A stretch of 64,000 nt of DNA. It comes from the human T2T-CHM13v2.0 reference genome, Homo sapiens. Below, in pieces: positions 10,229 through 22,400 of the stretch. Both the position numbers and the translations under genes were made by a program. The stretch lies in NCBI RefSeq assembly GCF_009914755.1, contig NC_060939.1. One strand, 5' to 3'. The notes beneath the pieces are model-generated. The model was not told the DNA's origin. It searched no databases and worked only from the letters and a program-made list of their open reading frames with translations. Within the stretch, counting starts at the first letter, position 1. Each line of letters opens with the position of its first letter.

Positions 10229-13200
10229 GAGAATGCTGCTGTCTACTTTCTATTTGTAATCCCGTTTCCAACGAAATCCTCAGAACTATCGAAATTTCCA
10301 ATTGCAGATTCCACAGAAACAGGGTTTCAAAGCTGCTCTGTAAAAAGAAAGGTTCAACTCTGTTAGTTGAATACACACGTCACAAACAAGTTTCTGAGAA
10401 TGCTTCTGTCTAGTTTTTATGGGAAGATATTTCCTTTTTCACCGTAGGCCTCAAAGCGCTCCAAATGTCCACGTCCACATACTACAAAAAGAGTGTTTCA
10501 AACCTGCTGTATGAAAGGGAATGTTCAACTCTATGAGTTGAATGCAAACATTACAAAGAAGTTTCTGAGAATGCTTCTGTCTAGATTTTATATGAAGGTT
10601 TTCCCGTTTCCAACGAAATTTTCAATGCTCTCAAAATATCCACTTGTAGATTCTACAAAAAGAGTGTTTCCAAACTGCTGTGTCAAAAGAAAGGTTCAAC
10701 TCTGTTAGTTGAGGACACACATCACAAATAAGTTTCTGAGAATGCTTCTGTCTAGTTCTTATTTGAAGACATTTCCTTTCTCACCTTAGGCCTGAAAACG
10801 CTCGAAATATCCACTTCCAGATACGACAGAAACAGTGATTCAAACCTGCTCTATGAAAGGGAATGTTCAACTAGGTGACTTGAATGCAAACATCACAAAG
10901 CAGTTTCTGAGAATGCTGCTGTCTACTTTCTATTTGTAATCCCGTTTCCAACGAAATCCTCAGAACTATCGAAATTTCCAATTGCAGATTCCACAGAAAC
11001 AGGGTTTCAAAGCTGCTCTGTAAAAAGAAAGGTTCAACTCTGTTAGTTGAATACACACGTCACAAACAAGTTTCTGAGAATGCTTCTGTCTAGTTTTTAT
11101 GGGAAGATATTTCCTTTTTCACCGTAGGCCTCAAAGCGCTCCAAATGTCCACGTCCACATACTAAAAAAAGAGTGTTTCAAACCTGCTGTATGAAAGGGA
11201 ATGTTCAACTCTATGAGTTGAATGCAAACATTACAAAGAAGTTTCTGAGAATGCTTCTGTCTAGATTTTATATGAAGGTTTTCCCTTTTCCAACGAAATT
11301 TTCAATGCTCTCAAAATATCCACTTGTAGATTCTACAAAAAGAGTGTTTCCAAACTGCTGTGTCAAAAGAAAGGTTCAACTCTGTTAGTTGAGGACACAC
11401 ATCACAAATAAGTTTCTGAGAATGCTTCTGTCTAGTTCTTATTTGAAGACATTTCCTTTCTCACCTTAGGCCTGAAAACGCTCGAAATATCCACTTCCAG
11501 ATACGACAGAAACAGTGATTCAAACCTGCTCTATGAAAGGGAATGTTCAACTAGGTGACTTGAATGCAAACATCACAAAGCAGTTTCTGAGAATGCTGCT
11601 GTCTACTTTCTATTTGTAATCCCGTTTCCAACGAAATCCTCAGAACTATCGAAATTTCCAATTGCAGATTCCACAAAAAGCGTGTTTCAAAGCTGCTCTG
11701 TAAAAAGAAAGGTTCAACTCTGTTAGTTGAATACACACGTCACAAACAAGTTTCTGAGAATGCTTCTGTCTAGTTTTTATGGGAAGATATTTCCTTTTTC
11801 ACCGTAGGCCTCAAAGCGCTCCAAATGTCCACTTCCACATACTACAAAAAGAGTGTTTCAAACCTGCTCTATGATAGGGAATGTTGAAACCTATGAGTTG
11901 AATGCAAGCATTACAAAGAGGTTTCTGAGAATGCTTCTGTCTAGATTTTATATGTAGATATTCCCGTTTCCAACGAAATCCTCAAAGCTATCCAAATATC
12001 AGCTTGCAGATTCTGCAAAAGGAATGTTTCCAAAATGCTGTATCCAAACAAAGGTTCAACTCTGTGAATTGAGGGCATACATCACAAAGAAGATTCTGAG
12101 AATGCTTCTGTCTAGATTTTATATGAAAATATTCCCGTTTCCAACGAAATCCTCAAAGCTATCCAAATATCCACTTGCAAATGCCACAAAAAGAGTGTTT
12201 CCAAACTGCTCTGTGAAAAGGAAGGTTCAACTCTGTTAGTTGAGTACACACATCACAAAGAGGTTTCTGAGAATGCTGCTGACTAGTTTTTATTTGAAGA
12301 TATTTCCCTTTTCACCTTAGGCCTAAGAGTGCTCGAAATGTCCATTTCCACATACTCCACAAAGTGTGTTTCAAACGTGCTGTATGAAAGGGAATGTTCA
12401 ACTCTATGAGTTGAATGCAAACATCACAAAGAAGACTCTGAGAATGCTTTTGTCTAGATTTTATATGAAGATATTCCCGTGTCCAACGAAATTTTCAAAG
12501 GTCTCCAAATATCCATTTGTAGATTCTACAAAAAGAGTGTTTCCAAACTGCTGTATCAAAACAAAGGTTGAACTCTGTGAGTTGAGGACACACATCACAA
12601 ATAAGTTTCTGAGAATGCTTCTGTCTAGTTTTTATTTGAAGATGTTTCCTTTTTCACCATAGGCCTGAAAGCGCTCGAAATGTCCACTTCCAGATAGTAC
12701 AGAAAGAGTGTTTCAAACCTGCTCTATGAACGGGAATGTTCAGCTCTGTGAGTTGAATGCAAACATCAGAAAGCAGGTTCTGAGAATGCTTCCGTCTAGA
12801 TTTTAAATGAGGATATTCCCGTTTCCAACGAAATCCTCGAAGCTATCCAAATATCCACTTGCAGATTCCACAAAAAGAGTGTTTCAAAACTGCTCTGTCA
12901 AAAGATAGGTTCAACTCTGTTAGTTGAGTACACACATGGCAAACAAGATTGCGAGAATGCTTTCGTCTAGTTTTTTTGGGAAGATATTTCCTTCTTCACC
13001 ATAGGCCTCAAAGCGCTCCAAATATCCATTTCCACATGCTATACAAAGAGTGTCTCAAACCTGCTGTATGAATGGGAATGTTCAACTCTATGAGTTGAAT
13101 GCAAACATCACAAAGAAGTTTCTGAGAATGCTGCTGTCTAGATTTTATATGAAGGTTTTCCCGCTTCCAACGAAATTTTCAATGCTCTCAAAATATCCTC

Positions 13201-13465
13201 TTGTAGATTCTACAAAAAGAGTGTTTCCAAACTGCTGTATCAAAACAAAGGTTCATCTCTGTTAGTTGAGGACACACATCACAAATAAGTTTCTGAGAAT
13301 GCTTCTGTCTAGTTCTTATTTGAAGACATTTCCTTTCTCACCTTAGGCCTGAAAGCGCTCGAAATACCCACTTCCAGATACTACAGAAACAGTGATTCAA
13401 ACCTGCTCTATGAAAGGGAATGTTCAACTAGGTGACTTGAATGCAAACATCACAAAGCAGTTTCT
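10229..13465 (-). repeat. 19-mer structural variant HOR (3237 bp; monomer order 1-2-3-4-1-2-3-4-5...15)
   Basis: ORF phase jumps by 680 bp (identical ORFs at 10493 and 11173); monomer-1/2 diagnostics CACAGAAACAGGG and CCACGTCCAC occur twice in succession. Confidence 0.95.
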
Positions 13466-16400
13466 GAGAATGCTGCTGTCTACTTTCTATTTGTAATCCC
13501 GTTTCCAACGAAATCCTCAGAACTATCGAAATTTCCAATTGCAGATTCCACAGAAACAGGGTTTCAAAGCTGCTCTGTAAAAAGAAAGGTTCAACTCTGT
13601 TAGTTGAATACACACGTCACAAACAAGTTTCTGAGAATGCTTCTGTCTAGTTTTTATGGGAAGATATTTCCTTTTTCACCGTAGGCCTCAAAGCGCTCCA
13701 AATGTCCACGTCCACATACTACAAAAAGAGTGTTTCAAACCTGCTGTATGAAAGGGAATGTTCAACTCTATGAGTTGAATGCAAACATTACAAAGAAGTT
13801 TCTGAGAATGCTTCTGTCTAGATTTTATATGAAGGTTTTCCCGTTTCCAACGAAATTTTCAATGCTCTCAAAATATCCACTTGTAGATTCTACAAAAAGA
13901 GTGTTTCCAAACTGCTGTGTCAAAAGAAAGGTTCAACTCTGTTAGTTGAGGACACACATCACAAATAAGTTTCTGAGAATGCTTCTGTCTAGTTCTTATT
14001 TGAAGACATTTCCTTTCTCACCTTAGGCCTGAAAACGCTCGAAATATCCACTTCCAGATACGACAGAAACAGTGATTCAAACCTGCTCTATGAAAGGGAA
14101 TGTTCAACTAGGTGACTTGAATGCAAACATCACAAAGCAGTTTCTGAGAATGCTGCTGTCTACTTTCTATTTGTAATCCCGTTTCCAACGAAATCCTCAG
14201 AACTATCGAAATTTCCAATTGCAGATTCCACAAAAAGCGTGTTTCAAAGCTGCTCTGTAAAAAGAAAGGTTCAACTCTGTTAGTTGAATACACACGTCAC
14301 AAACAAGTTTCTGAGAATGCTTCTGTCTAGTTTTTATGGGAAGATATTTCCTTTTTCACCGTAGGCCTCAAAGCGCTCCAAATGTCCACTTCCACATACT
14401 ACAAAAAGAGTGTTTCAAACCTGCTCTATGATAGGGAATGTTGAAACCTATGAGTTGAATGCAAGCATTACAAAGAGGTTTCTGAGAATGCTTCTGTCTA
14501 GATTTTATATGTAGATATTCCCGTTTCCAACGAAATCCTCAAAGCTATCCAAATATCAACTTGCAGATTCTACAAAAGGAATGTTTCCAAAATGCTGTAT
14601 CCAAACAAAGGTTCAACTCTGTGAATTGAGGGCATACATCACAAAGAAGATTCTGAGAATGCTTCTGTCTAGATTTTATATGAAAATATTCCCGTTTCCA
14701 ACGAAATCCTCAAAGCTATCCAAATATCCACTTGCAAATGCCACAAAAAGAGTGTTTCCAAACTGCTCTGTGAAAAGGAAGGTTCAACTCTGTTAGTTGA
14801 GTACACACATCACAAAGAGGTTTCTGAGAATGCTGCTGACTAGTTTTTATTTGAAGATATTTCCCTTTTCACCTTAGGCCTAAGAGTGCTCGAAATGTCC
14901 ATTTCCACATACTCCACAAAGTGTGTTTCAAACGTGCTGTATGAAAGGGAATGTTCAACTCTATGAGTTGAATGCAAACATCACAAAGAAGACTCTGAGA
15001 ATGCTTTTGTCTAGATTTTATATGAAGATATTCCCGTGTCCAACGAAATTTTCAAAGGTCTCCAAATATCCATTTGTAGATTCTACAAAAAGAGTGTTTC
15101 CAAACTGCTGTATCAAAACAAAGGTTGAACTCTGTGAGTTGAGGACACACATCACAAATAAGTTTCTGAGAATGCTTCTGTCTAGTTTTTATTTGAAGAT
15201 GTTTCCTTTTTCACCATAGGCCTGAAAGCGCTCGAAATGTCCACTTCCAGATAGTACAGAAAGAGTGTTTCAAACCTGCTCTATGAACGGGAATGTTCAG
15301 CTCTGTGAGTTGAATGCAAACATCACAAAGCAGGTTCTGAGAATGCTTCCGTCTAGATTTTAAATGAGGATATTCCCGTTTCCAACGAAATCCTCGAAGC
15401 TATCCAAATATCCACTTGCAGATTCCACAAAAAGAGTGTTTCAAAACTGCTCTGTCAAAAGATAGGTTCAACTCTGTTAGTTGAGTACACACATGGCAAA
15501 CAAGATTGCGAGAATGCTTTCGTCTAGTTTTTTTGGGAAGATATTTCCTTCTTCACCATAGGCCTCAAAGCGCTCCAAATATCCATTTCCACATGCTATA
15601 CAAAGAGTGTCTCAAACCTGCTGTATGAATGGGAATGTTCAACTCTATGAGTTGAATGCAAACATCACAAAGAAGTTTCTGAGAATGCTGCTGTCTAGAT
15701 TTTATATGAAGGTTTTCCCGCTTCCAACGAAATTTTCAATGCTCTCAAAATATCCTCTTGTAGATTCTACAAAAAGAGTGTTTCCAAACTGCTGTATCAA
15801 AACAAAGGTTCATCTCTGTTAGTTGAGGACACACATCACAAATAAGTTTCTGAGAATGCTTCTGTCTAGTTCTTATTTGAAGACATTTCCTTTCTCACCT
15901 TAGGCCTGAAAGCGCTCGAAATACCCACTTCCAGATACTACAGAAACAGTGATTCAAACCTGCTCTATGAAAGGGAATGTTCAACTAGGTGACTTGAATG
16001 CAAACATCACAAAGCAGTTTCTGAGAATGCTGCTGTCTACTTTCTATTTGTAATCCCGTTTCCAACGAAATCCTCAGAACTATCGAAATTTCCAATTGCA
16101 GATTCCACAGAAACAGGGTTTCAAAGCTGCTCTGTAAAAAGAAAGGTTCAACTCTGTTAGTTGAATACACACGTCACAAACAAGTTTCTGAGAATGCTTC
16201 TGTCTAGTTTTTATGGGAAGATATTTCCTTTTTCACCGTAGGCCTCAAAGCGCTCCAAATGTCCACGTCCACATACTACAAAAAGAGTGTTTCAAACCTG
16301 CTGTATGAAAGGGAATGTTCAACTCTATGAGTTGAATGCAAACATTACAAAGAAGTTTCTGAGAATGCTTCTGTCTAGATTTTATATGAAGGTTTTCCCG

Positions 16401-19400
16401 TTTCCAACGAAATTTTCAATGCTCTCAAAATATCCACTTGTAGATTCTACAAAAAGAGTGTTTCCAAACTGCTGTGTCAAAAGAAAGGTTCAACTCTGTT
16501 AGTTGAGGACACACATCACAAATAAGTTTCTGAGAATGCTTCTGTCTAGTTCTTATTTGAAGACATTTCCTTTCTCACCTTAGGCCTGAAAACGCTCGAA
16601 ATATCCACTTCCAGATACGACAGAAACAGTGATTCAAACCTGCTCTATGAAAGGGAATGTTCAACTAGGTGACTTGAATGCAAACATCACAAAGCAGTTT
16701 CTGAGAATGCTGCTGTCTACTTTCTATTTGTAATCCCGTTTCCAACGAAATCCTCAGAACTATCGAAATTTCCAATTGCAGATTCCACAGAAACAGGGTT
16801 TCAAAGCTGCTCTGTAAAAAGAAAGGTTCAACTCTGTTAGTTGAATACACACGTCACAAACAAGTTTCTGAGAATGCTTCTGTCTAGTTTTTATGGGAAG
16901 ATATTTCCTTTTTCACGGTAGGCCTCAAAGCGCTCCAAATGTCCACTTCCACATACTACAAAAAGAGTGTTTCAAACCTGCTCTATGATAGGGAATGTTG
17001 AAACCTATGAGTTGAATGCAAGCATTACAAAGAGGTTTCTGAGAATGCTTCTGTCTAGATTTTATATGTAGATATTCCCGTTTCCAACGAAATCCTCAAA
17101 GCTATCCAAATATCAACTTGCAGATTCTACAAAAGGAATGTTTCCAAAATGCTGTATCCAAACAAAGGTTCAACTCTGTGAATTGAGGGCATACATCACA
17201 AAGAAGATTCTGAGAATGCTTCTGTCTAGATTTTATATGAAAATATTCCCGTTTCCAACGAAATCCTCAAAGCTATCCAAATATCCACTTGCAAATGCCA
17301 CAAAAAGAGTGTTTCCAAACTGCTCTGTGAAAAGGAAGGTTCAACTCTGTTAGTTGAGTACACACATCACAAAGAGGTTTCTGAGAATGCTGCTGACTAG
17401 TTTTTATTTGAAGATATTTCCCTTTTCACCTTAGGCCTAAGAGTGCTCGAAATGTCCATTTCCACATACTCCACAAAGTGTGTTTCAAACGTGCTGTATG
17501 AAAGGGAATGTTCAACTCTATGAGTTGAATGCAAACATCACAAAGAAGACTCTGAGAATGCTTTTGTCTAGATTTTATATGAAGATATTCCCGTGTCCAA
17601 CGAAATTTTCAAAGGTCTCCAAATATCCATTTGTAGATTCTACAAAAAGAGTGTTTCCAAACTGCTGTATCAAAACAAAGGTTGAACTCTGTGAGTTGAG
17701 GACACACATCACAAATAAGTTTCTGAGAATGCTTCTGTCTAGTTTTTATTTGAAGATGTTTCCTTTTTCACCATAGGCCTGAAAGCGCTCGAAATGTCCA
17801 CTTCCAGATAGTACAGAAAGAGTGTTTCAAACCTGCTCTATGAACGGGAATGTTCAGCTCTGTGAGTTGAATGCAAACATCACAAAGCAGGTTCTGAGAA
17901 TGCTTCCGTCTAGATTTTAAATGAGGATATTCCCGTTTCCAACGAAATCCTCGAAGCTATCCAAATATCCACTTGCAGATTCCACAAAAAGAGTGTTTCA
18001 AAACTGCTCTGTCAAAAGATAGGTTCAACTCTGTTAGTTGAGTACACACATGGCAAACAAGATTCCGAGAATGCTTTCGTCTAGTTTTTTTGGGAAGATA
18101 TTTCCTTCTTCACCATAGGCCTCAAAGCGCTCCAAATATCCATTTCCACATGCTATACAAAGAGTGTCTCAAACCTGCTGTATGAATGGGAATGTTCAAC
18201 TCTATGAGTTGAATGCAAACATCACAAAGAAGTTTCTGAGAATGCTGCTGTCTAGATTTTATATGAAGGTTTTCCCGCTTCCAACGAAATTTTCAATGCT
18301 CTCAAAATATCCTCTTGTAGATTCTACAAAAAGAGTGTTTCCAAACTGCTGTATCAAAACAAAGGTTCATCTCTGTTAGTTGAGGACACACATCACAAAT
18401 AAGTTTCTGAGAATGCTTCTGTCTAGTTCTTATTTGAAGACATTTCCTTTCTCACCTTAGGCCTGAAAGCGCTCGAAATACCCACTTCCAGATACTACAG
18501 AAACAGTGATTCAAACCTGCTCTATGAAAGGGAATGTTCAACTAGGTGACTTGAATGCAAACATCACAAAGCAGTTTCTGAGAATGCTGCTGTCTACTTT
18601 CTATTTGTAATCCCGTTTCCAACGAAATCCTCAGAACTATCGAAATTTCCAATTGCAGATTCCACAGAAACAGGGTTTCAAAGCTGCTCTGTAAAAAGAA
18701 AGGTTCAACTCTGTTAGTTGAATACACACGTCACAAACAAGTTTCTGAGAATGCTTCTGTCTAGTTTTTATGGGAAGATATTTCCTTTTTCACCGTAGGC
18801 CTCAAAGCGCTCCAAATGTCCACGTCCACATACTACAAAAAGAGTGTTTCAAACCTGCTGTATGAAAGGGAATGTTCAACTCTATGAGTTGAATGCAAAC
18901 ATTACAAAGAAGTTTCTGAGAATGCTTCTGTCTAGATTTTATATGAAGGTTTTCCCGTTTCCAACGAAATTTTCAATGCTCTCAAAATATCCACTTGTAG
19001 ATTCTACAAAAAGAGTGTTTCCAAACTGCTGTGTCAAAAGAAAGGTTCAACTCTGTTAGTTGAGGACACACATCACAAATAAGTTTCTGAGAATGCTTCT
19101 GTCTAGTTCTTATTTGAAGACATTTCCTTTCTCACCTTAGGCCTGAAAACGCTCGAAATATCCACTTCCAGATACGACAGAAACAGTGATTCAAACCTGC
19201 TCTATGAAAGGGAATGTTCAACTAGGTGACTTGAATGCAAACATCACAAAGCAGTTTCTGAGAATGCTGCTGTCTACTTTCTATTTGTAATCCCGTTTCC
19301 AACGAAATCCTCAGAACTATCGAAATTTCCAATTGCAGATTCCACAAAAAGCGTGTTTCAAAGCTGCTCTGTAAAAAGAAAGGTTCAACTCTGTTAGTTG

Positions 19401-22400
19401 AATACACACGTCACAAACAAGTTTCTGAGAATGCTTCTGTCTAGTTTTTATGGGAAGATATTTCCTTTTTCACCGTAGGCCTCAAAGCGCTCCAAATGTC
19501 CACTTCCACATACTACAAAAAGAGTGTTTCAAACCTGCTCTATGATAGGGAATGTTGAAACCTATGAGTTGAATGCAAGCATTACAAAGAGGTTTCTGAG
19601 AATGCTTCTGTCTAGATTTTATATGTAGATATTCCCGTTTCCAACGAAATCCTCAAAGCTATCCAAATATCAACTTGCAGATTCTACAAAAGGAATGTTT
19701 CCAAAATGCTGTATCCAAACAAAGGTTCAACTCTGTGAATTGAGGGCATACATCACAAAGAAGATTCTGAGAATGCTTCTGTCTAGATTTTATATGAAAA
19801 TATTCCCGTTTCCAACGAAATCCTCAAAGCTATCCAAATATCCACTTGCAAATGCCACAAAAAGAGTGTTTCCAAACTGCTCTGTGAAAAGGAAGGTTCA
19901 ACTCTGTTAGTTGAGTACACACATCACAAAGAGGTTTCTGAGAATGCTGCTGACTAGTTTTTATTTGAAGATATTTCCCTTTTCACCTTAGGCCTAAGAG
20001 TGCTCGAAATGTCCATTTCCACATACTCCACAAAGTGTGTTTCAAACGTGCTGTATGAAAGGGAATGTTCAACTCTATGAGTTGAATGCAAACATCACAA
20101 AGAAGACTCTGAGAATGCTTTTGTCTAGATTTTATATGAAGATATTCCCGTGTCCAACGAAATTTTCAAAGGTCTCCAAATATCCATTTGTAGATTCTAC
20201 AAAAAGAGTGTTTCCAAACTGCTGTATCAAAACAAAGGTTGAACTCTGTGAGTTGAGGACACACATCACAAATAAGTTTCTGAGAATGCTTCTGTCTAGT
20301 TTTTATTTGAAGATGTTTCCTTTTTCACCATAGGCCTGAAAGCGCTCGAAATGTCCACTTCCAGATAGTACAGAAAGAGTGTTTCAAACCTGCTCTATGA
20401 ACGGGAATGTTCAGCTCTGTGAGTTGAATGCAAACATCACAAAGCAGGTTCTGAGAATGCTTCCGTCTAGATTTTAAATGAGGATATTCCCGTTTCCAAC
20501 GAAATCCTCGAAGCTATCCAAATATCCACTTGCAGATTCCACAAAAAGAGTGTTTCAAAACTGCTCTGTCAAAAGATAGGTTCAACTCTGTTAGTTGAGT
20601 ACACACATGGCAAACAAGATTGCGAGAATGCTTTCGTCTAGTTTTTTTGGGAAGATATTTCCTTCTTCACCATAGGCCTCAAAGCGCTCCAAATATCCAT
20701 TTCCACATGCTATACAAAGAGTGTCTCAAACCTGCTGTATGAATGGGAATGTTCAACTCTATGAGTTGAATGCAAACATCACAAAGAAGTTTCTGAGAAT
20801 GCTGCTGTCTAGATTTTATATGAAGGTTTTCCCGCTTCCAACGAAATTTTCAATGCTCTCAAAATATCCTCTTGTAGATTCTACAAAAAGAGTGTTTCCA
20901 AACTGCTGTATCAAAACAAAGGTTCATCTCTGTTAGTTGAGGACACACATCACAAATAAGTTTCTGAGAATGCTTCTGTCTAGTTCTTATTTGAAGACAT
21001 TTCCTTTCTCACCTTAGGCCTGAAAGCGCTCGAAATACCCACTTCCAGATACTACAGAAACAGTGATTCAAACCTGCTCTATGAAAGGGAATGTTCAACT
21101 AGGTGACTTGAATGCAAACATCACAAAGCAGTTTCTGAGAATGCTGCTGTCTACTTTCTATTTGTAATCCCGTTTCCAACGAAATCCTCAGAACTATCGA
21201 AATTTCCAATTGCAGATTCCACAGAAACAGGGTTTCAAAGCTGCTCTGTAAAAAGAAAGGTTCAACTCTGTTAGTTGAATACACACGTCACAAACAAGTT
21301 TCTGAGAATGCTTCTGTCTAGTTTTTATGGGAAGATATTTCCTTTTTCACCGTAGGCCTCAAAGCGCTCCAAATGTCCACGTCCACATACTACAAAAAGA
21401 GTGTTTCAAACCTGCTGTATGAAAGGGAATGTTCAACTCTATGAGTTGAATGCAAACATTACAAAGAAGTTTCTGAGAATGCTTCTGTCTAGATTTTATA
21501 TGAAGGTTTTCCCGTTTCCAACGAAATTTTCAATGCTCTCAAAATATCCACTTGTAGATTCTACAAAAAGAGTGTTTCCAAACTGCTGTGTCAAAAGAAA
21601 GGTTCAACTCTGTTAGTTGAGGACACACATCACAAATAAGTTTCTGAGAATGCTTCTGTCTAGTTCTTATTTGAAGACATTTCCTTTCTCACCTTAGGCC
21701 TGAAAACGCTCGAAATATCCACTTCCAGATACGACAGAAACAGTGATTCAAACCTGCTCTATGAAAGGGAATGTTCAACTAGGTGACTTGAATGCAAACA
21801 TCACAAAGCAGTTTCTGAGAATGCTGCTGTCTACTTTCTATTTGTAATCCCGTTTCCAACGAAATCCTCAGAACTATCGAAATTTCCAATTGCAGATTCC
21901 ACAAAAAGCGTGTTTCAAAGCTGCTCTGTAAAAAGAAAGGTTCAACTCTGTTAGTTGAATACACACGTCACAAACAAGTTTCTGAGAATGCTTCTGTCTA
22001 GTTTTTATGGGAAGATATTTCCTTTTTCACCGTAGGCCTCAAAGCGCTCCAAATGTCCACTTCCACATACTACAAAAAGAGTGTTTCAAACCTGCTCTAT
22101 GATAGGGAATGTTGAAACCTATGAGTTGAATGCAAGCATTACAAAGAGGTTTCTGAGAATGCTTCTGTCTAGATTTTATATGTAGATATTCCCGTTTCCA
22201 ACGAAATCCTCAAAGCTATCCAAATATCAACTTGCAGATTCTACAAAAGGAATGTTTCCAAAATGCTGTATCCAAACAAAGGTTCAACTCTGTGAATTGA
22301 GGGCATACATCACAAAGAAGATTCTGAGAATGCTTCTGTCTAGATTTTATATGAAAATATTCCCGTTTCCAACGAAATCCTCAAAGCTATCCAAATATCC

